From: an uncultured Actinomycetota bacterium
GTDB lineage: Bacteria; Actinomycetota; Actinomycetes; JAFAQI01; DASSKL01
NCBI GenBank assembly: GCA_963728075.1
Contig: CAVSIP010000001.1
Location: 147,799 to 211,798, forward strand
Direction of reading: 5' to 3'
Length of the DNA: 64,000 bases
The notes under the pieces are model-generated. The model did not search any database. It was not told the DNA's origin and was given only the letters and a program-made list of their open reading frames with translations. Numbering within the stretch: position 1 is the first letter of the stretch; each line of letters opens with the position of its first letter. Below, piece after piece: positions 1-8,276 of this stretch. The translations under genes and the position numbers were made by a program.

Positions 1-155
1 TGTCCACCGAAGAGCCGGCCATGGGTGCGGTACGGCGGGTTGTACGCGCGGAACAGGTCGCGGTCGAGCCGTTCGAGCTCGAGCACCTGCAGCAACCGGT
101 CGACGGAGGGCGGGAGGTCGCCGGGCTCGTCGTCGGAGGGGTCAGGGCAGGACAT
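1..155 (-). CDS. tesB: acyl-CoA thioesterase II, N-terminal 51 codons only (gene runs off the left edge)
   Basis: Not in the ORF track. The reverse complement of 1-155 reads MSCPDPSDDEPGDLPPSVDRLLQVLELERLDRDLFRAYNPPYRTHGRLFGG, which resembles the TesB N-terminus (LLxxLxLExLxxDLFR...FGGQ). The ATG at 155-153 overlaps the TetR stop (157-155) by 1 nt. Confidence 0.55.
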   Translation of the reverse strand, partial: MSCPDPSDDEPGDLPPSVDRLLQVLELERLDRDLFRAYNPPYRTHGRLFGG

Positions 156-769
156 CACGCGGGTCGCAGCAGCGGCATGAGCACGTCGTCGACGATCGAC
201 ACGATGGCAGCGTCCGCGATGGGCAGGCCCCGCTGGAGCACCTCCCCGTGCAGCAGCATGGGACCCACCTCGGCGACCCGTGGCGTGACCGCGTCGGGGC
301 GGACCTCACCGCGTGCCGCGCCGCGCTCCAGGATCTCGGTCACCCATCGCCGCCGTGGCTCGAGGAGCCGCTCCCGTACGGCGTCCGTCAGGTCGTCGGG
401 CAACCCGCTGGTGGTCAGGCAGGCACGCGCCGCTGCGCCGGTCTCCGCGCTCATCGCGGCGGCGACGTGTCGCAGGAGCGCGAGCAGGTCTCCGCGCACA
501 CTGCCGGTGTCGGGGATGTCCTGAGGGGAGGGCATCAGCTGGTCGAGCGCATCCACGACGAGGTCGACCTTGGTCGGCCAGCGGCGGTAGATGCTGGCCT
601 TGCCGGTGTGCGCGCGCTCGGCCACGTGCTCGACGGACAGCCCGGCGAAGCCGTTTCGGGCCAGCTCGGCGACGACCGCCTCCTGGATGGCCCGGCACAG
701 TGCGTCCCCGCGCCGGCGCGGGCCGCGGCGGGGGTCACTCGAGGTGTCCCGGGTCGCGGCGGTGTGCAC
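155..769 (-). CDS. TetR/AcrR family transcriptional regulator
   Basis: 204-aa ORF. It has an N-terminal HTH stretch, FAGLSVEHVAERAHTGKASIYRRWPTKVDLV, typical of TetR_N. It is divergent from an MFS efflux gene. Confidence 0.9.
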   Translation of the reverse strand: MHTAATRDTSSDPRRGPRRRGDALCRAIQEAVVAELARNGFAGLSVEHVAERAHTGKASIYRRWPTKVDLVVDALDQLMPSPQDIPDTGSVRGDLLALLRHVAAAMSAETGAAARACLTTSGLPDDLTDAVRERLLEPRRRWVTEILERGAARGEVRPDAVTPRVAEVGPMLLHGEVLQRGLPIADAAIVSIVDDVLMPLLRPA

Positions 770-783
770 CGTCTCACCATAGA

Positions 784-844
784 GAACGCTTGCGTTCCCA
801 ACAAGGGACCCACTACGTTCACTAGGGAACGCACACGTTCACTA
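784..844. promoter_or_regulatory. candidate TetR operator array in the tetR/MFS divergent spacer
   Basis: A perfect 14-bp palindrome, GAACGCTTGCGTTC, lies at 784-797. A related imperfect palindrome, ACGTTCACTAGGGAACGC, lies at 815-832. A further ACGTTCACTA copy lies at 835-844. The spacer is visibly less GC-rich than its flanks. Confidence 0.5.
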
Positions 845-890
845 TCCTGGGCACAACCGCTGGTTCCCACCCGAGAGGACCACCCTCGCC

Positions 891-2360
891 ATGTCCACCG
901 CCACGACCGAGCCTGCCGGCGCGCCTCCGGGCAGCCACGATCACGTGCATCCCGGGCTCGCGCTGGCGGTGATCGCCGGTGCACAGCTGATGGTCGTCCT
1001 CGACGCCACGATCGTGAACATCGCGCTGCCGCACATCAAGTCGGCGCTGACCTTCAGCGACACGTCGCTGTCGTGGGTGCTCAACGCGTACACGCTGACC
1101 TTCGGTGGCCTGCTCCTGCTCGGTGGGCGCGCCGGCGACCTGTTCGGCCGGCGGCGGATGTTCATCGTCGGGGTCCTCGTCTTCGCCCTCGCCAGCCTGC
1201 TGGGCGGGTTCGCCACCAGCCAGGCCTGGCTGCTGTCCATGCGTGCGCTGCAGGGTGTCGGCGGCGCGATCGCCTCCCCGACGGCGCTGGCGCTGGTCAC
1301 CACCGCGTTCCCCGAGGGGCCCGCGCGCAACCGGGCGTTCGGCGTGTACGCGGCCGTCTCCGGCGCCGGTGCCGCGATCGGGCTCATCCTCGGTGGCATC
1401 CTCACCGATGCCCTGTCCTGGCGTTGGGTGCTGTTCGTCAACGCGCCGATCGGGGTCGCGCTCGCCGTGGCCACCCCGTTCGTCATCCCGGAGAGTGCCC
1501 GCACCTCCGGCCGGCTCGACCTGCCTGGTGCGGTGACCTCGACGGCGGGCATGGCATCGCTGGTGTACGGCATCATCCACGCCGCGACCGATGGCTGGAG
1601 CGACGCCGTCACGCTGGCAACGCTCGGCGTCGCCGTCGCACTGCTTGCGGCGTTCCTGCTCGTCGAGTCGCGTACGGAGCACCCGCTCATGCCGCTGCGG
1701 CTGTTCCGCAACGGCACCCGCGTGGGCAGCTACGTGGTCATGCTGATCGTCGGTGCCGCCGTCTTCGCGATGTTCTACTTCCTCACCCAGTACGTGCAGG
1801 GCATCCTGGGGTTCTCCCCGCTCAAGGCGGGGTTCGCGTTCCTGCCCGTGAGCTTCATCATCGTCGTGGTGGCACAGGTGGCGAGCCGGCTGATCTCACT
1901 GGTCCAGCCGCGCCTGCTCATCGCGACGGGCACCCTGCTCGCGGCAGGCGGGCTGTTCTGGTTGTCGCGGCTGACGGTGACGTCGTCGTACGTGACCGAC
2001 GTGGTGCCCGCGATCGCGCTCATCGCGGGAGGCATGGGCCTGATCTTCGTCCCCATCACTCTCGGCGCCGTTGCGGGCGTGCAGTCCGAGGACTCCGGCA
2101 TCGCCTCGGCGATGCTCAACGTCGGCCAGCAGATCGGCGGCACGCTGGGTCTGTCGGTGCTCGTCACCGTGGCGAGCACGGCCATGCGCGACAAGCTGAC
2201 GCAGGGCGTCCCGATGCCCGTCGCTCTGGTGCACGGCTGGGATGCGGCGTTCGCCCTGGGGGCGGTGTTCGCCCTGGTGGGCATGGTCGCGGCCGTCGTT
2301 CTCATCCGCGTCCGGGCCGAGGAGGGTGCCGGTCACGCGGCGATGCTCCCGGGCGGCTGA
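891..2360 (+). CDS. MFS transporter, DHA2 (EmrB/QacA-like, 14-TMS) drug-efflux type
   Basis: 489-aa ORF. The N-terminus LMVVLDATIVNIALPHI...LSWVLNAYTLTFGGLLLLGGRAGDLFGRRR is the DHA2 signature. The protein is hydrophobic throughout. Confidence 0.9.
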   Translation: MSTATTEPAGAPPGSHDHVHPGLALAVIAGAQLMVVLDATIVNIALPHIKSALTFSDTSLSWVLNAYTLTFGGLLLLGGRAGDLFGRRRMFIVGVLVFALASLLGGFATSQAWLLSMRALQGVGGAIASPTALALVTTAFPEGPARNRAFGVYAAVSGAGAAIGLILGGILTDALSWRWVLFVNAPIGVALAVATPFVIPESARTSGRLDLPGAVTSTAGMASLVYGIIHAATDGWSDAVTLATLGVAVALLAAFLLVESRTEHPLMPLRLFRNGTRVGSYVVMLIVGAAVFAMFYFLTQYVQGILGFSPLKAGFAFLPVSFIIVVVAQVASRLISLVQPRLLIATGTLLAAGGLFWLSRLTVTSSYVTDVVPAIALIAGGMGLIFVPITLGAVAGVQSEDSGIASAMLNVGQQIGGTLGLSVLVTVASTAMRDKLTQGVPMPVALVHGWDAAFALGAVFALVGMVAAVVLIRVRAEEGAGHAAMLPGG

Positions 2361-2789
2361 CTGATACCTCCTCGAGGTGACGCGGGAGGTCCACGGTCCC
2401 CGGTGTCGTCGCGTTGGGGAGGTCGTCGTGGCGTTCGTCGGAGGGCAGCGTCAGGAGCGATTTCAGCAGCGGGTGCGTGAGGTCGGTGCCGATCGCTGCG
2501 TACTGGTCGGTGTTGATGTCGGCAAGCACGCCGCGCTGGCGTTGATCGCGGACGGCTTCGGGCAGCTGTTGGCGCCAGCGGTCGAGTTCCCCTTGGACAC
2601 GCCGGACCCCTCCCACTGAGCGAGCGCGCCCGACGTTGCCTCAGCCGCCAAGAGCGAGCTTGCGTGATCAGGGTGCGCCGCCCGGGACGCCACCACGCCG
2701 AACGACCCGTCAGTGCCGCAGCCGCCGTCCCCTCGACGAGCGGCTCTCCAGCATGCGCAACCAACCGCTTGACACGACCGGACCGCTAC

Positions 2790-4436
2790 TCAGGCCAGTC
2801 GTACGACGACCACGACCACGTCGTCCTCTGCCTCGCACACGTCGTCCAGCAGGACGTCGCACAGCGCCTCTGGCGGCACGGAGCTGTGCCGCTCGACCGT
2901 CGCGAGCAGGGCGTGCAGCCCCTCGTCGATGCTGCGGTCACGCTGTTCGATCAGCCCGTCGGTGTAGAGCACGAGCGTCGAGCCGCTCGGCGCGGACAGG
3001 TGATGGTTCGTGCGCTGGGCATCCAGGCCGAGCACGACGTCCGGGTCGCCGTCCAGCAGCCGGGCGCGGCCATCCGGGGTGAGCAGGACCGGTGGCGGGT
3101 GACCGGAGTTGGACCAGCTCAGCTCCACCCGCGAGCCCGTCGTCCGGGCGGTCAGGAGGACCACCGTGGCGAGGTCGGCGATGCCCAGGTGGCGCACCAC
3201 CGCGTCCACCCGCGACAGCACGTCCGCGGGATCTGCTCCGCTGTCCACGGCGATCGCGCGGACGAGGTTGCGCAGCTGGCCCATGCGCGCGGCAGCCTGC
3301 AGATCGTGGCCCTCGACGTCACCCACGACGACGGCTACGTCCCCGCTGGGCAGCGGGAAGGCGTCGTACCAGTCCCCGCCCACCCGCCGGGTCTCGGTCG
3401 CCGGCACATACCGGGTGCCGATCGTGAACCCGTTGAGCGCGGGCAGCTCCGCCAGCACGGCACGCTGCAGCAGCTCAGCCGCCCCGCGCTCCAGCTGGTA
3501 CATCCGGGCGTTGTCGACGGCGACCGCCGCCCGGCTCGCCAGCTCGTTGACGAGGGCGACCTCGTCGTCCGAGTACGGCATCGCGCCGGTGAGACGGACG
3601 ATGGTCAGCGCTCCCAGCACCCGCCCGCGCGCCCGCAGCGGCGCGACGACCGCCGACTGGGCGCCGAACCGGCGGAACAGCTGCAGCTGAGCGGCGTGCA
3701 GGTCGCTCTGCGGTTCGGCCTGCAGCTGCGGCGGTCCCAGGACGAGCGTCTCGCCGTGGCGGAGCGCTCGGCCAAGCGGGCTGGAGGTGTCGACGAGCCG
3801 GGGCAGCGGGCCGACCAATCGTTTCGCGTTCGTGCCGGTGTCGGTGTGCGCCACGGCAGCCCGGCGCACCTGGTCGGGCTCCTCGAGCAGGTCGACGACG
3901 GACCAGTCACCCAGGTACGGAACGACGATGTCGGCGAGCCGCTGCAGGGCCTGACGCAGGTCGAGGGTCCCGCCGAGCAGGGCGGTCGCCTCGGACAGCA
4001 GGGCGAGCCGGTGGTTGGCGGCCTGCGCCGCAGCCATCGCCACCCGGTGCTCGGCCTCGGCCTTGCGCTCGGAGGAGGAGTCACGCAGCGCGAACACCGC
4101 ACCGGTGAGCGTCCCGTCGAGGACGATCGGGGCGCCGGACCACGTGACGACGGCCCGCCGCCCGCCGCCGAGCGTCAGCACCTCGTCGCCGTCCGCGGCC
4201 CGGCCCTCGCGCAGCACGGCGAGCAGCGCACAGCTCTCCCGGGGCAGCGGCCTGCCGTCCTCGCTCAGGTGCAGGATGTCGTGCAGGTCGGCGCCGACGG
4301 CGGTGGCCTCCGGACGGTCGAGCAGATCCTCGGCACGCGGGTTCATGGCGGTGAGCCGGCCGTCCGCGTCCACAGCGCACAGGGCCGCCGCGACGGTCTC
4401 GAACAGTGCGCGCAGCAGCGTCGGTTCCAGGGGCAC
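2790..4436 (-). CDS. PAS-GAF-PP2C (SpoIIE/RsbU-type) serine phosphatase
   Basis: 548-aa ORF with a GTG start. It has an N-terminal PAS-like segment (AALCAVDADGRLTAMNPRAEDLL). A GAF segment follows (LGDWSVVDLLEEPDQVRRAAVAHTD...ALTIVRL). The PP2C core reads GGDWYDAFPLPSGDVAVVVGDVEGHDLQAAARMGQLRN...LVLYTDGLIE. Confidence 0.85.
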   Translation of the reverse strand: MPLEPTLLRALFETVAAALCAVDADGRLTAMNPRAEDLLDRPEATAVGADLHDILHLSEDGRPLPRESCALLAVLREGRAADGDEVLTLGGGRRAVVTWSGAPIVLDGTLTGAVFALRDSSSERKAEAEHRVAMAAAQAANHRLALLSEATALLGGTLDLRQALQRLADIVVPYLGDWSVVDLLEEPDQVRRAAVAHTDTGTNAKRLVGPLPRLVDTSSPLGRALRHGETLVLGPPQLQAEPQSDLHAAQLQLFRRFGAQSAVVAPLRARGRVLGALTIVRLTGAMPYSDDEVALVNELASRAAVAVDNARMYQLERGAAELLQRAVLAELPALNGFTIGTRYVPATETRRVGGDWYDAFPLPSGDVAVVVGDVEGHDLQAAARMGQLRNLVRAIAVDSGADPADVLSRVDAVVRHLGIADLATVVLLTARTTGSRVELSWSNSGHPPPVLLTPDGRARLLDGDPDVVLGLDAQRTNHHLSAPSGSTLVLYTDGLIEQRDRSIDEGLHALLATVERHSSVPPEALCDVLLDDVCEAEDDVVVVVVRLA

Positions 4437-4595
4437 CCGCGCGCCGGCCGGCGGGGGTGCAACGTCGTCGTTGATCGCGGCCTCCCGATCAGGGTCGCTG
4501 CCGCGTCGCTGCTTGCGCGGTCCGTTCTGTTTCGCGCATCGTCCTACGGCGAGGCCCTGCTCGGCATCGGTCGAACGGATGGGTTACGGCGACGT

Positions 4596-5678
4596 TCAGA
4601 CCGGGCGGAACTCGGCCAACAGCATGGCGAGGTCGTCCCCGAGCGCATCGCCGGTGGCCCGATGCAGCCCGGTGAGCACCCGCTGGAGGGCGGTGCCCGC
4701 GTCGCCGTCCAGCAGGGGTGCGGTCACCTGGTCGAACGGGACGAACCCGCCGTCGCGCAGCCGCGCCTCCACCAGTCCATCGGTGTAGAAGAAGACGCGG
4801 TCTCCCGGTGCGAGGCCCAACGTCGTGGCGGCACCACGCGCACCGAGCCCGAGGGGGAGCCCGTGGTCGCAGTCGACCTCGTGCAGCCCGGTGGTGCGGG
4901 CGACGAGGGGCGGTGGGTGCCCGCAGTTGAGCACTGTGCAGGTCCCGTTCTCCCGCAGCTCGGCGAGGACGACCGTGACGAAGTCCTCCGGGCCGAGATA
5001 GGGGCGGATGCGCTGGTCCATCTGCAGCGCCACCTCGGCGAGCCCGTCCATGGCCGACGCCGCTCCGCGGAACTCCCCGAGCACGACGGTTGCGAGCCGC
5101 ACCGCGTCGAGGCCCTTGCCGCGCACGTCACCGACGAGCACGCGTACCGCGCCAGGGCGGGGCACCACCTCGTAGAGGTCGCCGCCCACGAGCGCATCGC
5201 CCGCTGCACTTGCGTACGCGGCACTGAGTGCGTACGAGCCCAACCTGGGCGGGACCGGCGCGAGGATGGCGCGCTGGGACACCTCCGCCACCCGCGACAC
5301 CGCGGCGAGCTTCCGCTCGCGGCTCTCCCGCTCGTGCACCATCCACACCGCGAGCGGCCAGGACAGGCCTACGGTCACCGAGCGCACCGCCATCTCGGCT
5401 GCGGACGGCTGGTCGTGCAGGAACAGCAGGTGCGCGGCCACCAGCGCGACGCCACCGACCGCCGCCGTGTCACGGGTCCGGGTGCCACTCGCAGCGATGA
5501 ACGCGGCGATCGCCAGAGTGCCGCTGATGTTCCCGGACGGCAGGGCCAGGTCGGCGCCGACCAGCACGGCGACCGCCAGCAGGGCGAGCAGCAGCCAGAC
5601 GCCGCGCCGCGTCGGCGGCACGAACGTCGGGGCCTCGGCTCGGCCGGGGCGCAGGCGCCGGCCTGCCGCGGCGGTCAT
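4596..5678 (-). CDS. membrane-anchored PP2C (SpoIIE-type) phosphatase
   Basis: 360-aa ORF. The N-terminal third is hydrophobic (VWLLLALLAVAVLVGADL, AIAAFIAASG, VALVAAHLLFL, LSWPLAVWMV). The PP2C core follows: GGDLYEVVPRPGAVRVLVGDVRGKGLDAV...VFFYTDGLVEAR. The ATG at 5678-5676 overlaps the upstream stop (5677-5675) as ATGA. Confidence 0.85.
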   Translation of the reverse strand: MTAAAGRRLRPGRAEAPTFVPPTRRGVWLLLALLAVAVLVGADLALPSGNISGTLAIAAFIAASGTRTRDTAAVGGVALVAAHLLFLHDQPSAAEMAVRSVTVGLSWPLAVWMVHERESRERKLAAVSRVAEVSQRAILAPVPPRLGSYALSAAYASAAGDALVGGDLYEVVPRPGAVRVLVGDVRGKGLDAVRLATVVLGEFRGAASAMDGLAEVALQMDQRIRPYLGPEDFVTVVLAELRENGTCTVLNCGHPPPLVARTTGLHEVDCDHGLPLGLGARGAATTLGLAPGDRVFFYTDGLVEARLRDGGFVPFDQVTAPLLDGDAGTALQRVLTGLHRATGDALGDDLAMLLAEFRPV

Positions 5679-8245
5679 CCCCCCTCGTCGGAGGCGCCGC
5701 GCCGGCGGAAGCGCTCGGCGTTCGCGATGGCCAGCGCCGCCCTCCGGGCGAGATCCTCGGCCAGACCGAGGTCGTCCTCGCCGTAGTGCCGACCGGACTC
5801 GGCGGAGAAGAAGCTGATCGCACCCAGCACCTCCTCGCCGACCCGCAGCGGCGCGATCACGGCGCTGCGCAGGCCCAGCTGCTGCATCAGGGCGAGGTGG
5901 TCGTCGTCGACCGCCAGGTCGCCCAGCAGCGCGTCGGGGATGTCCCGGTGCAGCTCACTGCGCCCGGTACGGATCACCGCCGCCACCCCGGAGGTCGCGT
6001 CCGGGTCCGGTGGGTAGCGCTGTTGCAGCGACCCGGCGAGATCCACCCTCTCCGGATCGGTGTGCGTGACCACCAACGGCCGGTACGTGTCCCCGTCGAC
6101 CATGTGCACGGCGGCCCAGTCGGCCAGGCGGGGGACGGCCAACCGCGCGATCGTCGCGAGGGTGTCGCGCATGTCCAGCGAGGCCGCGAGGGCCTCCGAC
6201 GCCTCGGCCAGGAACTCGAGCTTCTGGTTCGCCGTCCGGGCGTGCGCGTCGGCTCGCGCCCGCTCCAGCCCCTGGGCGCAGGTGTCGGCGAGGGACCGCA
6301 GCAGCCCCAGGTCGGCGGGCTCGAGGTGCCGGTCGTGCGGGAAGCTGAGCGAGACCACCCCGATCGTGCCCGCAGCGGTGCCGAGCGGGAGCCAGACGTG
6401 CGCACGGTCGATGGCGGCCTGACCCGCGAGCAGCGGGTAGCGGCGCTCCAGGTCCCCGGTGCCCCGGATGTACAGCGTGCGGTGCTCGCGCACCGCTTCG
6501 GCGGAAGGCAGCGCAGCGTCCAACGAGCTCGTCGCCCAGCGCTGCGCAGACCCGGCGGGCAGCCCGCGGCTGCGCTTGAGCACGAGCCGGTCGTCCTCCA
6601 CGAGGAACAGCGTGGCGAGCTCTGCGCCGACCGCCTCGGCCGCGCTGTCCACCATGACCGCCGCCACCTGCTCCTCGGTGCGCGCGGTGGCGAGCCCGCC
6701 GGTGACCTGTTGGAGGTGGGCGAGGCGTGCGGCCGCCGCCTCGGCGGCGTCCCGGGCCTCGCGCTCGGCGGCGTACAGCTGCGAGCGCTCCAGCGCCTGT
6801 GAGGTCTGGGCCGCGAGTGCGACGACGAACTCCCGCTCGTCGTCGTCGAACAGGCGCGGGTGCTCGAAGGAGAACCGCAGCGCCCCGAGCACCCGCTCGC
6901 CGCAGATGACGGGAACCGCGCACATCGCGCGGGTCGTCGGCTCCAGCGGTCCGAGCTCCGGGAAGTGCGCGGCGAGCTCTTCCGGGGACTCCATCCACAC
7001 CGGCTCGCCGGTGCGCAGGGCGGTCGCGGCGGGCAGCGCGGCGTCGGCCCGCTCGCTGCGCAGCATCCCGAGCAGGTCGTCGCCGTAGCCGACGACGCCG
7101 GGCACGGTGATGCGATGGTCACCGGCCGGCAGGAGCAGCGCCCCGCCGGCTGCACCGAGAGCGGCGACCCCCTCCGTGACCACCACCCGGGCGACGTCCT
7201 GCTCGGTCAGGGCCTGCGCCAGCGCCGCCGTCACCGTCTGCAGGCGCGCACTGCGGTCGGTCCGCCTCCTTGCGCCTGCCAGCTCGTCGACCTCTTCCAG
7301 CAGCCGTTCCTCGAAGGTGGGCGCAGGCGTGGGTTCCCGTCCGGCGGACACGTCGCGCAGCTGGCGGACCAGGGCCTCGACGTACCACCGGCGGAAGACC
7401 CGGTGCTGGGGAGGTGTCGCCAACGTGAGCAGCCGCGCCGCGCGGGCGTACGCATCCGCCTCGTCGAGGGCCGCGAGGTACTCCTCACCGGCGTCCGCCG
7501 AGGACAGCGGGAGTGCCAGGACCAGAGTCGTGCGCGGCGCTCCGGCCTTGGCCGCGGCCACCGCCTGGCGCTTGATGGAGTGCCGAGCGTCCGCGAAGCG
7601 GTTGACGACGGCCTCGATCATCCTGGCGAGGTGCTTCGGCACGGCCGTGCCGCTGCCCGCCTCGAGAGCGAACTCGCGAACCAGGTTGTCGACGTGGGCC
7701 TTCGCGGCCAGCAGCAGGTCCGTGGGGACGTCGCCCAGGGTCAGCGTGACCCGCGGCTCGGGAGAGTCGTCGTCGTCGGACCACGCGGCGAGGATCGCGT
7801 CGATGTCCACGTCGTCGGCCGGGACGGCCTGGTCGCCGTCCGGCCCCAGCTCGCACCAGACGACCTTGCCCCCGGGCGTGTGCTCGACCCCCCAGTGCTG
7901 CGCGAGTGCCTCGACCAGGGTGAGTCCCCGGCCGGTCATGGAGTCCGCCGTGGCGACACCGCGCATCGGTGCGTGGTGGCTGTGGTCCTCCACCTCGATC
8001 CGGATGTGCTCGTCAGCGGAGTTGACGCGCACGAGCACGGGCGGACCGGCGTACAGCAGCGCATTGGTGACGAGCTCGCTCACCGCCAGCTCCGCGTCGG
8101 CGACCAGCCCCGGCTCCGTCCCGGCGTCCCCGAGCCGGGTCGCGACGAAAGACCGGGCGCGGGGCACCGCGTCCGGCTCAGCGCCGAGCTCGATCACGTC
8201 AAAGACCACCGTTGTCCCGATCGACAGGTTTTCGATCGACCGCAA
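5675..8245 (-). CDS. RsbW-like HATPase (anti-sigma kinase fold), unassigned linker and three GAF-like domains; no PP2C
   Basis: I trimmed this from the 1008-aa ORF, whose first ~150 codons are Arg/Pro/Ser shadow sequence. The likely start is the TTG at 8245-8243, preceded by AAGGG. The N-terminus reads ARSFVATRL...AELAVSELVTNALLYAGPPVLVRVNSADEHIRIEVEDHS...GRGLTLVEALAQHWGVEH. Three GAF-like blocks follow, the last being LADWAAVHMVDGDTYRPLVVTHTD...LGAISFFSAE. Confidence 0.75.
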   Translation of the reverse strand: MRSIENLSIGTTVVFDVIELGAEPDAVPRARSFVATRLGDAGTEPGLVADAELAVSELVTNALLYAGPPVLVRVNSADEHIRIEVEDHSHHAPMRGVATADSMTGRGLTLVEALAQHWGVEHTPGGKVVWCELGPDGDQAVPADDVDIDAILAAWSDDDDSPEPRVTLTLGDVPTDLLLAAKAHVDNLVREFALEAGSGTAVPKHLARMIEAVVNRFADARHSIKRQAVAAAKAGAPRTTLVLALPLSSADAGEEYLAALDEADAYARAARLLTLATPPQHRVFRRWYVEALVRQLRDVSAGREPTPAPTFEERLLEEVDELAGARRRTDRSARLQTVTAALAQALTEQDVARVVVTEGVAALGAAGGALLLPAGDHRITVPGVVGYGDDLLGMLRSERADAALPAATALRTGEPVWMESPEELAAHFPELGPLEPTTRAMCAVPVICGERVLGALRFSFEHPRLFDDDEREFVVALAAQTSQALERSQLYAAEREARDAAEAAAARLAHLQQVTGGLATARTEEQVAAVMVDSAAEAVGAELATLFLVEDDRLVLKRSRGLPAGSAQRWATSSLDAALPSAEAVREHRTLYIRGTGDLERRYPLLAGQAAIDRAHVWLPLGTAAGTIGVVSLSFPHDRHLEPADLGLLRSLADTCAQGLERARADAHARTANQKLEFLAEASEALAASLDMRDTLATIARLAVPRLADWAAVHMVDGDTYRPLVVTHTDPERVDLAGSLQQRYPPDPDATSGVAAVIRTGRSELHRDIPDALLGDLAVDDDHLALMQQLGLRSAVIAPLRVGEEVLGAISFFSAESGRHYGEDDLGLAEDLARRAALAIANAERFRRRGASDEGG

Positions 8246-8276
8246 CGATTGTGCCCTTGAGCGCCCGGCGGTCCAA

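Noticed and set aside
248-2380. 710-aa plus-strand ORF spanning the TetR gene, the spacer and the MFS gene
   Set aside because: The product is Arg/Gly/Pro/Ala-rich low-complexity sequence. It is out of frame with, or antisense to, two genes with clear family signatures. It is a typical shadow ORF of very GC-rich DNA.
2664-5786. 1040-aa plus-strand ORF antisense to the two PP2C genes
   Set aside because: It has no recognisable motifs and an extreme Arg/Gly/His composition. The opposite strand encodes complete PAS-GAF-PP2C and TM-PP2C proteins.
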